From: Podarcis melisellensis
Taxonomy: Eukaryota
Length of the DNA stretch: 64,000 bases
NCBI GenBank assembly: GCA_964234715.1
Contig: OZ174281.1
Strand: one strand, 5' to 3'
Position 1 is the stretch's first letter. Every line of letters begins with the position of its first letter. This document shows positions 63,781 to 64,000 of the stretch, one piece after another. Below the pieces are notes generated by a model that was given only the letters and a program-made list of their open reading frames with translations, was not told the origin of the DNA and searched no databases. A program made the translations under genes and the position numbers.

Positions 63781-64000
63781 ATCTACCTACAATTAGTTGC
63801 TGCATTTAAAAACAGAGCTTACTAAATATACACAAGTAGACTTGCAATTCCCTGGCACGTTTGTACTTTAGGGATTATGCAGCTAAGGAATTTGTATTAT
63901 CTACACTGCTGAAATAATTGCTTTTGACCAAGAAAGATTGTCTACTGCCATTATTTATCATGTAGTAATGAAATGAAATAAAATCTGGTTTCCTGCCACA

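Noticed and set aside
1-64000. CRISPR arrays, operons, rRNA or a prokaryotic defence-type system
   Set aside because: Eukaryotic intron/exon DNA; no regularly spaced repeat-spacer array or rRNA similarity was seen.

Overview
Vertebrate genomic DNA from a squamate, probably a lacertid lizard. The taxon is inferred from the repeat content: Sauria/Squam SINEs, RTE-BovB, L2, CR1 and squamate MITEs. The whole window lies inside ZFHX4 (zinc finger homeobox 4) on the minus strand. Five coding exons are resolved with canonical AG/GT boundaries and consistent phase: 25355-25233, 14115-13982, 13205-13005, 11624-11507 and a giant 5382-nt exon at 10247-4866 carrying all four homeodomains. From recalled human structure these correspond to about exons 6-10. 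The last exon should lie left of base 1. The small upstream exon 5 was not recognised and may sit in one of nine N-gaps. The rest is intron containing TEs, microsatellites and several motif-dense candidate enhancers. No prokaryotic features (CRISPR, operons) are present. The most interesting observations are: three Penelope-type repeat remnants carrying decayed hammerhead-ribozyme skeletons, two of them sense to the pre-mRNA; a frame-compatible 75-nt candidate cassette exon whose branch point forms the loop of a perfect hairpin; an L2 insertion whose target-site duplication copies the likely branch point of exon 9; and tandem NAG acceptors. I found no intact novel multi-gene system.
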